From contig CAYQSS010000002.1 of the NCBI GenBank assembly GCA_964420305.1, positions 1 to 35,897 on the forward strand: DNA of 35,897 bases, read 5' to 3'. Shown here piece by piece: positions 8,311-17,023 of the stretch. The DNA is from an uncultured Candidatus Saccharibacteria bacterium. GTDB lineage: Bacteria; Patescibacteriota; Minisyncoccia; Minisyncoccales; PWPS01. Under the pieces are notes generated by a model. That model was not told the DNA's origin, did no database searches, and saw only the letters and a list, made by a program, of their open reading frames with translations. Numbering within the stretch: the first letter of the stretch is position 1; every line of letters starts with the position of its first letter. The position numbers and the translations under genes were made by a program.

Positions 8311-9921
8311 TTAATCAATAATAATTTTTTCGCCCTCAGTAACTCCAGAAATAATCTCGATCATCCTTCCTTCTCCTCTTAATCCGGTAATAATTTCTTT
8401 TTCAACTTTCTCTCCATTTTCTAGAACAAGAACAAAGCTTTTCCCTTCTTTTTTCCGAATTACCCTCTCTGGTAAAAGAAGAACATCTTCTTTTTCTGCT
8501 GTTTTTATTGTTACATCAACAGTCATCTGTGGTAAAACTTTTTCTGGATATTCGTCAAGAATAACTTTAATCCCATAATAAATTACACCGTCAATAACTT
8601 TCCCTGTAGGGTTTATAAAAACCACTTCCCCTTCAAATTCTTCTGAAGGAAAAGCAACAAACGATGCCTTCACTTTATTCCCAATACTAACTTTAGAAAT
8701 ATCTCCTTCATAAATATCTACAGCAATTTGGATATCCTTTTCTGGGACAATTATTGCAACTGGGGATCCAGGAGCAACAACTTCTCCGCCAGAAACTAAG
8801 ATGCTGGAAATAATTCCTGCTACTGGACTCTTTAGTGTCGCATCAGCAACTCTGCTCCTCAAAAGACTTACTCTTGCCTCGGCTTGTGTAACTGCAGCTT
8901 CTTTTATAAGTCGGTCTGCACTATCTGGGTTTGCGGTAACTCTTAACTTTTCTGCCTGAGCCTGATTTAATGCGCTTTCTGCTGCGTTAACACTTCCCTC
9001 TGCAGAAATTAACATTGCTTCTGCCTCCACATTAGTTGATGATATTGAGCCGATAAGTGTCACAACTTCGCTAAGTGATCCGTTGACAAGCCCTCGATAA
9101 GTACGAAGAGCTTCTTTATCAGTACTTGAAATTCGGTCTTTATAGAAATCAGAATCAGCAACACTAATAATATTGTCTATCTCGCTAATTATTATCTTTA
9201 GTGCGCTTTCCACGTTCTCTAGTGCATCTTCCTTCTCTTCATAGCTAGTTATTCCAGCCACCTGATCCTTATAACCCTCAATCTCCTCTACTTTTTCTTT
9301 AATTGTATCTCTACTTTTCCTTCCGGAGTTTGTTTCAGAAACAACAAGCCCAGTAAAATAAGTATCAGTTAAGCTATCAACTCCTACTTCTACTCCTTTT
9401 ACGGTAGAAAAAACACTTCCAATTAAAGTAGAGACATTTTGATATACAGTTTTTAGCATCTCATCAACAATTTTTTCTTGTTCTCTAAGATTGTTTTCGG
9501 CAGAAAATAGTCCTACTTCTGCTGATCTTACTGCTGAATCAACAACTTCTTCTTCTTCACTCGTCGCTCCTCTTAAAAATCGATCAAGTGCTGCTCTAGC
9601 GGAAATAAGTGCTGCTTCGGCCTCTCTCAAGGAAAGTTCTAGGTCTTTTTTGTCAACAGTAGCAATAATCGTACCACGTGCAACCTTCCCCCCTTCCTTA
9701 CTTAAAACACTTTCTATTTTTCCTCCTTCTTTAAATCCTAGCTTCAGGTCATCTCCTTTTTCCGTTGAACCGGTCTCAAAAAGTTCTTGTGTCAAATCTC
9801 CTCTTGAAACCGCAGTAAGTTCTATCTCCTCTTTCCCGTTTTTAAAAATCAAGAAAGATAGAAGAATTAAAAAAACTCCAAACCCAATATAGTAGACTTT
9901 TTTATTTATTTTCTTTTTCAT
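8311..9921 (-). CDS. Efflux periplasmic adaptor / membrane fusion protein (HlyD/MacA family), long form
   Basis: 536 aa with an N-terminal TM anchor (YYIGFGVFLILLSFLIF). Lipoyl-like halves (GTIIATVD ... SPVAGIIS) flank a very long Ala/Glu-rich helical hairpin, followed by a C-terminal beta-barrel region. It is the first gene of the ABC operon. Confidence 0.75.
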   Translation of the reverse strand: MKKKINKKVYYIGFGVFLILLSFLIFKNGKEEIELTAVSRGDLTQELFETGSTEKGDDLKLGFKEGGKIESVLSKEGGKVARGTIIATVDKKDLELSLREAEAALISARAALDRFLRGATSEEEEVVDSAVRSAEVGLFSAENNLREQEKIVDEMLKTVYQNVSTLIGSVFSTVKGVEVGVDSLTDTYFTGLVVSETNSGRKSRDTIKEKVEEIEGYKDQVAGITSYEEKEDALENVESALKIIISEIDNIISVADSDFYKDRISSTDKEALRTYRGLVNGSLSEVVTLIGSISSTNVEAEAMLISAEGSVNAAESALNQAQAEKLRVTANPDSADRLIKEAAVTQAEARVSLLRSRVADATLKSPVAGIISSILVSGGEVVAPGSPVAIIVPEKDIQIAVDIYEGDISKVSIGNKVKASFVAFPSEEFEGEVVFINPTGKVIDGVIYYGIKVILDEYPEKVLPQMTVDVTIKTAEKEDVLLLPERVIRKKEGKSFVLVLENGEKVEKEIITGLRGEGRMIEIISGVTEGEKIIID

Positions 9922-9946
9922 ATATTTATAATTTTAGCTAACAATC

Positions 9947-9975
9947 ATTATACTCTTTTAATTTTAAAAAATCAA
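9947..9975 (-). promoter_or_regulatory. Predicted sigma70-type promoter for the adaptor/ABC operon: TTGATT-17 nt-TATAAT
   Basis: On the minus strand, -35 TTGATT is at 9975..9970 and consensus -10 TATAAT is at 9952..9947. This is about 25 nt upstream of the ATG at 9921 and just downstream of the rpsI terminator. Confidence 0.45.
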
Positions 9976-10013
9976 AATCTGGTTCTAAGCTTCATTCTTA
10001 GAAATTCACTCTT

Positions 10014-10047
10014 TTTAAATAAAAAGAAGGATATTTCTATCCCTCTT
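10014..10047 (-). terminator. Rho-independent terminator after rpsI (end of the ribosomal superoperon)
   Basis: The minus-strand RNA is AAGAGGGAU-AGAAAU-AUCCUUCUU (9-bp stem with one G.U) followed by UUUAUUU. The stem starts 18 nt after the rpsI stop. Confidence 0.55.
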
Positions 10048-10065
10048 ACCAGTATAATATGATCT

Positions 10066-10479
10066 TTATCTCTTTCTCCACTGTGGTGCTCTTCTTGCCC
10101 TCTTTAGTCCAGGCTTTTTCCTCTCTCTCATCCTTGGATCTCGTGTTAGATATCCGGTTGTTTTAACTTGTTTGCGTAAGCTCTCATCGAAAACTACAAT
10201 CGCACGAGCAATCCCATGCCGAACTGCTTCTGCCTGAGATTTTGTTCCACCACCTTTTACTTTTGCAGAAACAGAAAACTTCCCCAATATTGAAAGATCA
10301 ACTAGTGGTTCTTTCACTGTTTTTTGAAGATCAAAGGTTGGAAAATATTCCTCAAGCTTTTTTTCGTTTACAGTAATCTCTCCATCTTTTTTCTCATAAA
10401 GACGAACAATACAAGTAGAGGTTTTTCTCCTTCCTACTGCTTGGTAGTATTTTGTCTTTTCTTTTGCTTTGGCTGGCAT
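10066..10479 (-). CDS. rpsI: 30S ribosomal protein S9 (uS9)
   Basis: 137 aa. The basic C-terminus ...RERKKPGLKRARRAPQWRKR and the GGG..QAEA..HGIARA core are typical of uS9. It follows rplM with a 2-nt gap. Confidence 0.92.
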   Translation of the reverse strand: MPAKAKEKTKYYQAVGRRKTSTCIVRLYEKKDGEITVNEKKLEEYFPTFDLQKTVKEPLVDLSILGKFSVSAKVKGGGTKSQAEAVRHGIARAIVVFDESLRKQVKTTGYLTRDPRMRERKKPGLKRARRAPQWRKR

Positions 10480-10481
10480 GT

Positions 10482-10829
10482 TTATTCTACTTTAAGTCTT
10501 TTTATTCTTTCTTTTCTTAATTTATTTTTTGGAAGCATTCCGTAAACCGCCTTTTTAAGTGCAGCGGTGTGATCCTTTTCCAAAAGTTTGGTGTAAGAAG
10601 TTTCTTTTAATCCTCCTGGATAACCACTGTGCCTATAATACACTTTATCTTCTTCCTTTTTCCCAGTTACCACTATCTTCTCAATATTTTTTACAACAAC
10701 AAACCCGCCTTGATCTTCGTGTGGTCTGTAGCTTTCCTCATCTTTTCCCATCAAAAGAAGCGCTATTTCAGTAGCAATTCTTCCTAGGGATTTCTTTGTC
10801 GCATCAATTGTGTGTGTTTTTCTGATCAT
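10482..10829 (-). CDS. rplM: 50S ribosomal protein L13 (uL13), compact form
   Basis: 115 aa with LGRIATEIALLLMGK and YYRHSGYPGGLK motifs. It is shorter at both ends than the ~140-aa textbook form. Confidence 0.9.
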   Translation of the reverse strand: MIRKTHTIDATKKSLGRIATEIALLLMGKDEESYRPHEDQGGFVVVKNIEKIVVTGKKEEDKVYYRHSGYPGGLKETSYTKLLEKDHTAALKKAVYGMLPKNKLRKERIKRLKVE

Positions 10830-10831
10830 AA

Positions 10832-11179
10832 TTATACAAATTCAATAATGGCCATTCTTGCCCCATCTTCTTGACGAGGACCAAGTTTTAATATCCTTGT
10901 ATATCCTCCATCTCGCTCTTTATATCTTACACCAATATCTTTTACAAGTTTTTTGGCAACATCTTCAGATAATCTGCTAACCAAAACTCTGCGGTTATAA
11001 ATAGTGTCTTCTTTAGCCCTAGTAACTAGCTTTTCAACAAAAGACCTTAACTCTTTCGCTTTTGCTTCGGTTGTTTTAATCTTTTCGTTTAGGATAAGAG
11101 CACGAGCAAGCGAAACTAGAAGCGCGTGGCGCTGATCTTTCTTTCTACCAAACCTTCTTTTGTTTTTTATTCTCGGCAT
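10832..11179 (-). CDS. rplQ: 50S ribosomal protein L17 (bL17)
   Basis: 115 aa with ...GRKKDQRHALLVSLARALI... and ...GGYTRILKLGPR.GD.A.MA.IE... patterns. It lies directly after rpoA. Confidence 0.92.
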   Translation of the reverse strand: MPRIKNKRRFGRKKDQRHALLVSLARALILNEKIKTTEAKAKELRSFVEKLVTRAKEDTIYNRRVLVSRLSEDVAKKLVKDIGVRYKERDGGYTRILKLGPRQEDGARMAIIEFV

Positions 11180-12123
11180 TATTTTTCTTCTTTTAATTGA
11201 AGTTTTTTCTTCTTCAGTGCTTTTTTAATCTCTTTTATTCCTTTCTCTCCCATTCCACTTAATTCACTAATCGCTGATTCTCTTTTTTTAATAAGTTGTT
11301 TTACTTTTTTGATATTATTATCTTTCAAAATATTTGCAGTTCGTGTAGAAATGCCAATCTCCTCAACACTAAGTTCTTCGTTTGTGTCTTCTTCTTTCGA
11401 ATCTTCTTCTTTCTCCTCTTTTATTACCTCCTTCTTTTCCTCTTCAAAAGAAGAAAGTTTCTCAAAGTGATCTTTTAGTATTTCCGTTGCACGAAAAAAC
11501 GCATCTTCGGGAGATATTGTTTTGTCAGTCTCTATCTCGATAAAGAGCCGATCGTAGTCAGTTCTTTTACCAACGCGCATATTTTCAACATGAAAATTTA
11601 CCCTTTTTACTGGAGTAAATATCGAATCAATAATAATCTGTCCAACTTCCAGCTTTTCTTCTTTTCGGTCTTCCGCGGAAGAGTATCCCATTCCTTTTTC
11701 AATCTCTATTTCCATTTCCAGGACCGCTTTTTTATCGGTAAGCGTAGCAATGTGCACATCTGGATTAACAAGTTCAAGTTGAGTTGGAACTTCAAGGTGT
11801 GATCCCTTAACTTCCATCTCTCCTTTTACTTTTAACTTTGCAACTTGTGGTTCATCTGAATGGAACCGGAAACGAAGCTCTTTTAAATTAAGAATTATTG
11901 TAATTACATCTTCCATTACACCAGGAATTGTAGAAAATTCATGATTAACGTCAGTGATTTTGACTTTTGTAACTGCAGCACCGCCTAAAGAAGAAAGCAA
12001 AACTCTTCTTAAGCTGTTACCGATAGTTACCCCATATCCAGGATAAAGAGAATCTACTTCAAAGATAGCTTCATCTTCTTTCTCTTTTTTTACAATTTTT
12101 GGTTTTGATGGTAATGAAATCAT
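11179..12123 (-). CDS. rpoA: DNA-directed RNA polymerase alpha subunit
   Basis: 314 aa. It has an N-terminal assembly domain (GNSLRRVLLSS), a Glu/Lys-rich linker and a C-terminal HhH domain (ISTRTANILKDNNIKKVKQL). It sits in the canonical position between rpsD and rplQ. Confidence 0.92.
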   Translation of the reverse strand: MISLPSKPKIVKKEKEDEAIFEVDSLYPGYGVTIGNSLRRVLLSSLGGAAVTKVKITDVNHEFSTIPGVMEDVITIILNLKELRFRFHSDEPQVAKLKVKGEMEVKGSHLEVPTQLELVNPDVHIATLTDKKAVLEMEIEIEKGMGYSSAEDRKEEKLEVGQIIIDSIFTPVKRVNFHVENMRVGKRTDYDRLFIEIETDKTISPEDAFFRATEILKDHFEKLSSFEEEKKEVIKEEKEEDSKEEDTNEELSVEEIGISTRTANILKDNNIKKVKQLIKKRESAISELSGMGEKGIKEIKKALKKKKLQLKEEK

Positions 12124-12135
12124 ATTTTTTTACGA

Positions 12136-12768
12136 TTACCTTGAATAAAACTCAAAGACCGAAGAAATTTCTACAGGAGGATTAATCTCTTCAATTACTA
12201 CTTCTCCTATAATCTTTGCCTCCATTTTCGTCACATCAAGTGTGATCCAAGAAGGAGGGGTAAAATTCTTCATTTTTGTACTAAATTCTTCAAAAATAGT
12301 TTTTTTCTTTTTTCCTGGTCGCAGAGCGATAACATCTCCTGCTTTAATTCGATAAGAAGATATATCAACTGGTTTTTCATTAACATGGAAAAATCCGTGA
12401 CTAATCATTTGTTTCGCCTGTGATCTTGAAGATGCAAGCCCAGCACGATAAACCATATTGTCAAATCTACTCTCTAACTTCCTTAAAAGCTGATCACCTG
12501 CTGGTTCTACTTTGCTTTGCTTTTCAATTACTGCCGTCACATAACGTGCAAATTGTTTTTCTTTCAGATCATACCAGTAGCGAAGTTTTTGTTTCTCTAA
12601 AAGCTCTTTCCCGTATTGTGAAATGTGCCCTTTTCTCCTTTTTGGTTTTTGTCCAGGAGCATAGGGTTTTTTAATCATCGGACACTTCTGTGACTCACAC
12701 TTTTCTCCTTTTAAGAAAAGTTTAGTTCCTACACGACGACATTTTTTACATTCAACAGATTTTCTCAT
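12136..12768 (-). CDS. rpsD: 30S ribosomal protein S4 (uS4), zinc-knuckle type
   Basis: 210 aa with N-terminal CKKC...C....C cysteines and an S4 RNA-binding domain (FDNMVYRAGLASSRSQAKQMISHG). Confidence 0.92.
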   Translation of the reverse strand: MRKSVECKKCRRVGTKLFLKGEKCESQKCPMIKKPYAPGQKPKRRKGHISQYGKELLEKQKLRYWYDLKEKQFARYVTAVIEKQSKVEPAGDQLLRKLESRFDNMVYRAGLASSRSQAKQMISHGFFHVNEKPVDISSYRIKAGDVIALRPGKKKKTIFEEFSTKMKNFTPPSWITLDVTKMEAKIIGEVVIEEINPPVEISSVFEFYSR

Positions 12769-12773
12769 GATAG

Positions 12774-13223
12774 TTAGACTCTTCTTGGTTTTTTAGGACG
12801 ACATCCGTTATGTGGAATCGGTGTAACATCCTTAATCAAGTTTATAATAATATCTTTTGAAGCTAGTGCACGGAGAGCCGAAGACCTCCCTGTCCCTACT
12901 CCTTTTACAAAAACATCCATCTCTTTTGCCCCTATTTTTTCCGCTTTTTCACAGATCACATTGGCAACTTCTGAAGCAGCATAAGGAGTAGCCTTTTTGG
13001 TCCCCTTAAACCCTAAATTTCCTGCACTTGCCCAACCTAAAACCTTTCCTTGTTTATCGGTAAGGGTCATCATTGTGTTGTTGTAAGAAGCAGAAATATG
13101 AACATAGACGTAATCAACACCTCTCTTTTTTGTTTTCCCTTTTTTCTTTCTTACTGCATCAAGCTCATCCTTTTCAGCAAGGACTTCCTCTTCAGATTTT
13201 TCAATTATTCTTTTTTTCCCCAT
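12774..13223 (-). CDS. rpsK: 30S ribosomal protein S11 (uS11) with Lys/Glu-rich N-terminal extension
   Basis: 149 aa. The uS11 core is ...HISASYNNTMMTLTD..G..L.WASAG..GFKG.KK.TPYAA... Confidence 0.92.
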   Translation of the reverse strand: MGKKRIIEKSEEEVLAEKDELDAVRKKKGKTKKRGVDYVYVHISASYNNTMMTLTDKQGKVLGWASAGNLGFKGTKKATPYAASEVANVICEKAEKIGAKEMDVFVKGVGTGRSSALRALASKDIIINLIKDVTPIPHNGCRPKKPRRV

Positions 13224-13243
13224 TTTTATTATCTAAATTTATT

Positions 13244-13633
13244 TTATTTTGGTGAAGGAGGTGCCTTTTTCCCTGACCCGGCAACTCTTCTTACATTTCC
13301 TCTTACAGTTCTATTATTTGTTCTGGTATTCTGTCCTCTAACTGGAAGCCCTCTTTTGTGCCTTACGCCTCTATAGCAATCAATGCGCTTTAACCTATCA
13401 ACTGCGTCTCTCCTTTCGCGTCTCAGTTCACCTTCCGTTTTGTGTTTTTTCTCAACAATCTCTCTTATTCTCTTTGTTTCATCATCGGTAAGATCTGCCG
13501 TTCTTTTTGATTCATCAACTTTCGCTTCTTTTAATATCCTCTTACTAAGCGTAGGGCCAATACCGTAAATATAGGTAAGGGAAATAACTATTCTTTTTTC
13601 TTTTGGTATACTTGTTCCTGAAATTCTTGCCAT
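13244..13633 (-). CDS. rpsM: 30S ribosomal protein S13 (uS13)
   Basis: 129 aa. The start MARISGTSIPKEKRIVISLTYIYGIG and the basic C-terminal tail are typical of uS13. Confidence 0.92.
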   Translation of the reverse strand: MARISGTSIPKEKRIVISLTYIYGIGPTLSKRILKEAKVDESKRTADLTDDETKRIREIVEKKHKTEGELRRERRDAVDRLKRIDCYRGVRHKRGLPVRGQNTRTNNRTVRGNVRRVAGSGKKAPPSPK

Positions 13634-13643
13634 GGTTTTTTAT

Positions 13644-13757
13644 TTATCCTTGTCTTTGTTTATGTTTTTTGTTCTTACAGATAATAAAAACACGGTTATT
13701 CCTGCGAACAACCTTACAATCTCGACAAATCTTTTTTACTGATGATTGTACTTTCAT
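13644..13757 (-). CDS. rpmJ: 50S ribosomal protein L36 (bL36)
   Basis: Not in the ORF track because it is too short. My manual minus-strand translation from ATG 13757 gives [37 protein letters not shown], ending at TAA 13646..13644. It has the C-x2-C...C-x4-H zinc pattern and the canonical position between infA and rpsM. Confidence 0.88.
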   Translation of the reverse strand: MKVQSSVKKICRDCKVVRRNNRVFIICKNKKHKQRQG

Positions 13758-13842
13758 AATCAATTTTATCTAAAGTAAAAAACTACAAAAAAAAGAGCCC
13801 CTTTTCACACACCTTATGTTAGGGTTTCTCGTTTTTGCGCAA

Positions 13843-14055
13843 TTATCCACGATAAACGATTCTTCCTTTTGTTTTATCGTAATCATTCATCTCTACCGTA
13901 ACTTTATCTCCAGGTAGAATCTTTATTCGGTGAATTCTCAACTTCCCTGCTAAATGAGCTCCGATCTCTGTTCCATCCTCAAGCTTTACTCTAAAATGCG
14001 TATTTGGTAATGCCTCGAGGACAACTCCTTTTTGTTTAATCGTATTAGAACTCAT
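13843..14055 (-). CDS. infA: Translation initiation factor IF-1
   Basis: 70 aa S1-like OB fold: ...[43 protein letters not shown]...YD..KGRIVYR. Confidence 0.92.
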   Translation of the reverse strand: MSSNTIKQKGVVLEALPNTHFRVKLEDGTEIGAHLAGKLRIHRIKILPGDKVTVEMNDYDKTKGRIVYRG

Positions 14056-14081
14056 TACAGGTTAAAAGAATAACAATTTTT

Positions 14082-15278
14082 TTAATTTTTGTCAAATTGA
14101 AGTTTTACTTCAATTCTGTGTATTGATTGAGCAACTTTGCTTAATCCAAATGGTTTATTTCTGATAATTATTTCTCTTGCAGTAACCACATCTTCGATCA
14201 TCTTTTTTGCCTCAAGAAAATCAAGTCCTTTTAGCTCTCTTTTCCAGTATTCTTTATCAATCTCTTCATACATATCTCCCGAGAACTCAAAAAGCACATC
14301 TCCTTCGCTTCCTTCAAAGTTTATTCTGGTAAAACTGATATTAACTTCTTCTGTTTCTTTCCGCCAAGTATAACCTTCTTCTAAGGAACCTAAGATAAAC
14401 CCATTAATGTCTTCTTTGGAAATTGCAATTGCTTTTACAACAACGTCTAGTTTGAAATAAAAGCTTTCCCCATCCTCTTCGATCAGCTCTCGTTCAACAA
14501 CTTCGACAGAATATTGCGCTTCGTTATCTAAGAAGTAATCCTCACTATATTTTTCCAAAAGAATGTCCTTTCCTTCGATAAAAAGAACTTCTTTCATTTC
14601 ATTTTCTGCTTTTTCCATCGTGTCATCATCCAGATAAGGAACTTCTTTTAAGACACCTTCTTCTTTGATTAAAAAAGAAACCCCCTTTACGTTTCCGTAA
14701 ATCGTCGTGCCGTGTAGCCCTGGAAGAGCAAATTTAGAGTCACTTGGAATGTTATAATCTTCCCCCGCCTCAGCAGCAACAACTTCTACAATATTACATC
14801 CTCCATCAACATTTTTCCCTGGAAGACTAAATCCGCTAACAGCAAAAAATATCTTTCCTCCATCAGATATAAAGCGAGTTCCACTAACAAAGTTTACCGT
14901 AGAATCTCGGTAATCTTGACAAACTTTTATCTCTCCCTTTGTTTTTCTCTCTAGCATTCTCCTTCCCTCAATATCAAATTTCTTCTGATCAGAAACTCTC
15001 TCGCTAAGCACAATACCCCTTATTTCCTTCTCCCCGATAGACCCAACGGTGCGAACCAAAATATCTTCTGCAATACGCACTTCTTCTGTATTTGGAGAAA
15101 TAATAATCTCCGTTTTGAAAGAAATATAATAAAAGTATCCTCCAATTAAAAGAAGAGCAAGAAAAACTAAAGCAAAAAGTCCTTTTTTGCATTTTTTCCC
15201 TGTTTTTTCTAATCCACAAGACTTCTCTCTTTTAATATTATTTTCTGGTGGATAAATATCAATAACTTTTTCTCTCAT
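14082..15278 (-). CDS. Hypothetical single-pass membrane protein with large extracytoplasmic domain
   Basis: The ORF-track start at 15296 is TTG and overlaps the tpiA stop. ATG 15278 (MREKVIDIYPP...) lies 4 nt after the tpiA stop. One TM helix (GLFALVFLALLLIGGYFYYISF) is followed by ~340 aa with no motif I recognise. Confidence 0.65.
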   Translation of the reverse strand: MREKVIDIYPPENNIKREKSCGLEKTGKKCKKGLFALVFLALLLIGGYFYYISFKTEIIISPNTEEVRIAEDILVRTVGSIGEKEIRGIVLSERVSDQKKFDIEGRRMLERKTKGEIKVCQDYRDSTVNFVSGTRFISDGGKIFFAVSGFSLPGKNVDGGCNIVEVVAAEAGEDYNIPSDSKFALPGLHGTTIYGNVKGVSFLIKEEGVLKEVPYLDDDTMEKAENEMKEVLFIEGKDILLEKYSEDYFLDNEAQYSVEVVERELIEEDGESFYFKLDVVVKAIAISKEDINGFILGSLEEGYTWRKETEEVNISFTRINFEGSEGDVLFEFSGDMYEEIDKEYWKRELKGLDFLEAKKMIEDVVTAREIIIRNKPFGLSKVAQSIHRIEVKLQFDKN

Positions 15279-15282
15279 TTTT

Positions 15283-15960
15283 TTAAAAAATTTCAACTTG
15301 ATTTAATAACTTTTGAAACTCCTTTTCTTTTAAAGATGCTCCTCCGACAAGAAGCCCATCAAATCCTGCCTGTTTGATATAGGATAAGGCATTTTTTGCG
15401 TTTACACTTCCACCGTACAAAATCCTTAACTTACTTATATCTTGATTATTTTTTACAAGAACACTTTTTATAAAAAGCTTTCTTTTTTCTGCTTCTTCTC
15501 TGTCGCACGGATTCCCAGTACCAATCGCAGACTCTGGTTCATAAGCAATAATAACATTTTTTAAAGAAATACCACTTAATACTCCTAGTTGTTCTTTTAT
15601 ATCCTCTCCGATGCAAAATATTGGTGTTATTTTCTCTTTTAAAAGAGATTCTATCTTCTTTCTTAAAATATCTTCATTCTCATTAAAAATCCTTCTTCTT
15701 TCAGAGTGCCCTAAAATAACATACTTACACCCTATATTCTTTAACATTAAAGGAGATATTTCTCCAGTAAAAGAACCACTCCTTTCAAAGAAACAATTTT
15801 GTGCGCCAAGATCAGCTTTTCTTAATTTTATCTTACTTAGAAAAACAAAAGGTGGACAAATAACAACTCCCTTTCTATCAGAGAATTTGGCAATCTTAAC
15901 CGCCTCCTCCTCTTTTAAAGGATTCATCTTCCAATTGGCAACAACAAGTGGTTTTTCCAT
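15283..15960 (-). CDS. tpiA: Triosephosphate isomerase
   Basis: Motifs ANWKMN, GHSERR, AYEPESAIGTG and YGGSV...GLLVGGASL are present. The ORF-track start at 15966 is GTG. ATG 15960 (MEKPLVVANWKMN) lies 2 nt after the upstream stop. Confidence 0.9.
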   Translation of the reverse strand: MEKPLVVANWKMNPLKEEEAVKIAKFSDRKGVVICPPFVFLSKIKLRKADLGAQNCFFERSGSFTGEISPLMLKNIGCKYVILGHSERRRIFNENEDILRKKIESLLKEKITPIFCIGEDIKEQLGVLSGISLKNVIIAYEPESAIGTGNPCDREEAEKRKLFIKSVLVKNNQDISKLRILYGGSVNAKNALSYIKQAGFDGLLVGGASLKEKEFQKLLNQVEIF

Positions 15961-15962
15961 AG

Positions 15963-16985
15963 TCACTGTTCTCTCAAATATTTTGCTGCTTCTTCCGGTT
16001 TAATTGTGGAAATCTCCATCCTTGCTCCAAGCTCAAATCCAGCCCAAATAGAAGTTTTCGGAAGAATTGTCCAGTGCCAATGATAATATCCGTGGTCCAT
16101 TCCATCTGACGGGGCACAGTGAAGATAAAAGTTATAAGGGGGATCATTAAGGCCGTTGTAAATTTTAGAAAGAGCAGCCCTAAATACATCAGCTAACATA
16201 TCAAGCTCTTCTTCATTAATCTCTTCAAAATAAGCAAGATGTTTTTTCGGAGAGATAATAATCTGAAAGGCAGCTTTTGAAGCAAAAGGACAAATAGCTA
16301 GAAAGAGATCGTTTTCGTAAACAATTCTTTCTCTCTTTTCCATCTCCCACTCATTCATCTGACAGTAAATACAGTTTTTCTTGTTTTCACTATACGCTCT
16401 TCCTTTTTCCAGTGCTTTTCTAAGATCGATATCAATAAGTGGGGTAGTTAAAATCTGTGAATGAGGATGAGGGATAGAAGCACCAGCTTCTACGCCGTGA
16501 TTATGAAAAATAGAAACGTAATTAACATGTTTCTTTTCCTTAAGATCTAAATATCTTTCTTTATAAAGAGACAAGACTTCTCTTACTTTGTCTACTGGAA
16601 GTTGCCCTAAAGATTTATAGTGATCTTTGGTGATGACAACCTCATGATAACCGACAGCGTTCATCGTTTGATAAAGTCCATTTTCGTGTCTTTTATCAAG
16701 ATCATCTGCGGGAACAAAGGCAGGGTATTTGTTGGGAACAGAAATAGCACTCCAATTTTCTGTTAGGGTTTCTACTTTTTTTCCATTTTCAAAAGAAACT
16801 ATCGCATTTTTCAAATTTCCAAAATCACAAAAAGGACAATCTTTCTCTGGATTCTCTTCCTTTATTCTCTCTTCTTTCTTAAACATCTCCGGACGCTTTG
16901 CTCTTCCGGATGCTATTACCACCCAATCTCCAGAGGCAACATCACAGCGAAGCTCCGAAGGAAATTCTTTTTTTTCTTCATTCAT
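15963..16985 (-). CDS. galT: Galactose-1-phosphate uridylyltransferase-like HIT-family nucleotidyltransferase (GalT class I)
   Basis: 340 aa with an N-terminal CPFC zinc motif, the active-site HPHSQ (His-x-His-x-Gln) and a second half-barrel repeat. The exact substrate (UDP-hexose versus ADP-glucose) cannot be told from sequence alone. Confidence 0.75.
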   Translation of the reverse strand: MNEEKKEFPSELRCDVASGDWVVIASGRAKRPEMFKKEERIKEENPEKDCPFCDFGNLKNAIVSFENGKKVETLTENWSAISVPNKYPAFVPADDLDKRHENGLYQTMNAVGYHEVVITKDHYKSLGQLPVDKVREVLSLYKERYLDLKEKKHVNYVSIFHNHGVEAGASIPHPHSQILTTPLIDIDLRKALEKGRAYSENKKNCIYCQMNEWEMEKRERIVYENDLFLAICPFASKAAFQIIISPKKHLAYFEEINEEELDMLADVFRAALSKIYNGLNDPPYNFYLHCAPSDGMDHGYYHWHWTILPKTSIWAGFELGARMEISTIKPEEAAKYLREQ

Positions 16986-17023
16986 GTTTTTAATTATACA
17001 AAAATACTGATAAATTTCAAATT

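Noticed and set aside
6691-9892. Plus-strand ORFs antisense to the ABC permease, ATPase and adaptor genes (6691-7077, 6828-7085, 7637-7858, 9491-9892)
   Set aside because: They lie entirely within well-supported minus-strand genes. They have no start context and no recognisable domains.
13758-13842. A possible terminator or small RNA in the infA-rpmJ spacer (G-rich segment followed by a T8 run on the transcribed strand)
   Set aside because: I could not find a convincing complementary arm to form a stable stem before the U-run. The 85-nt spacer is too short and unstructured for me to call an RNA gene.
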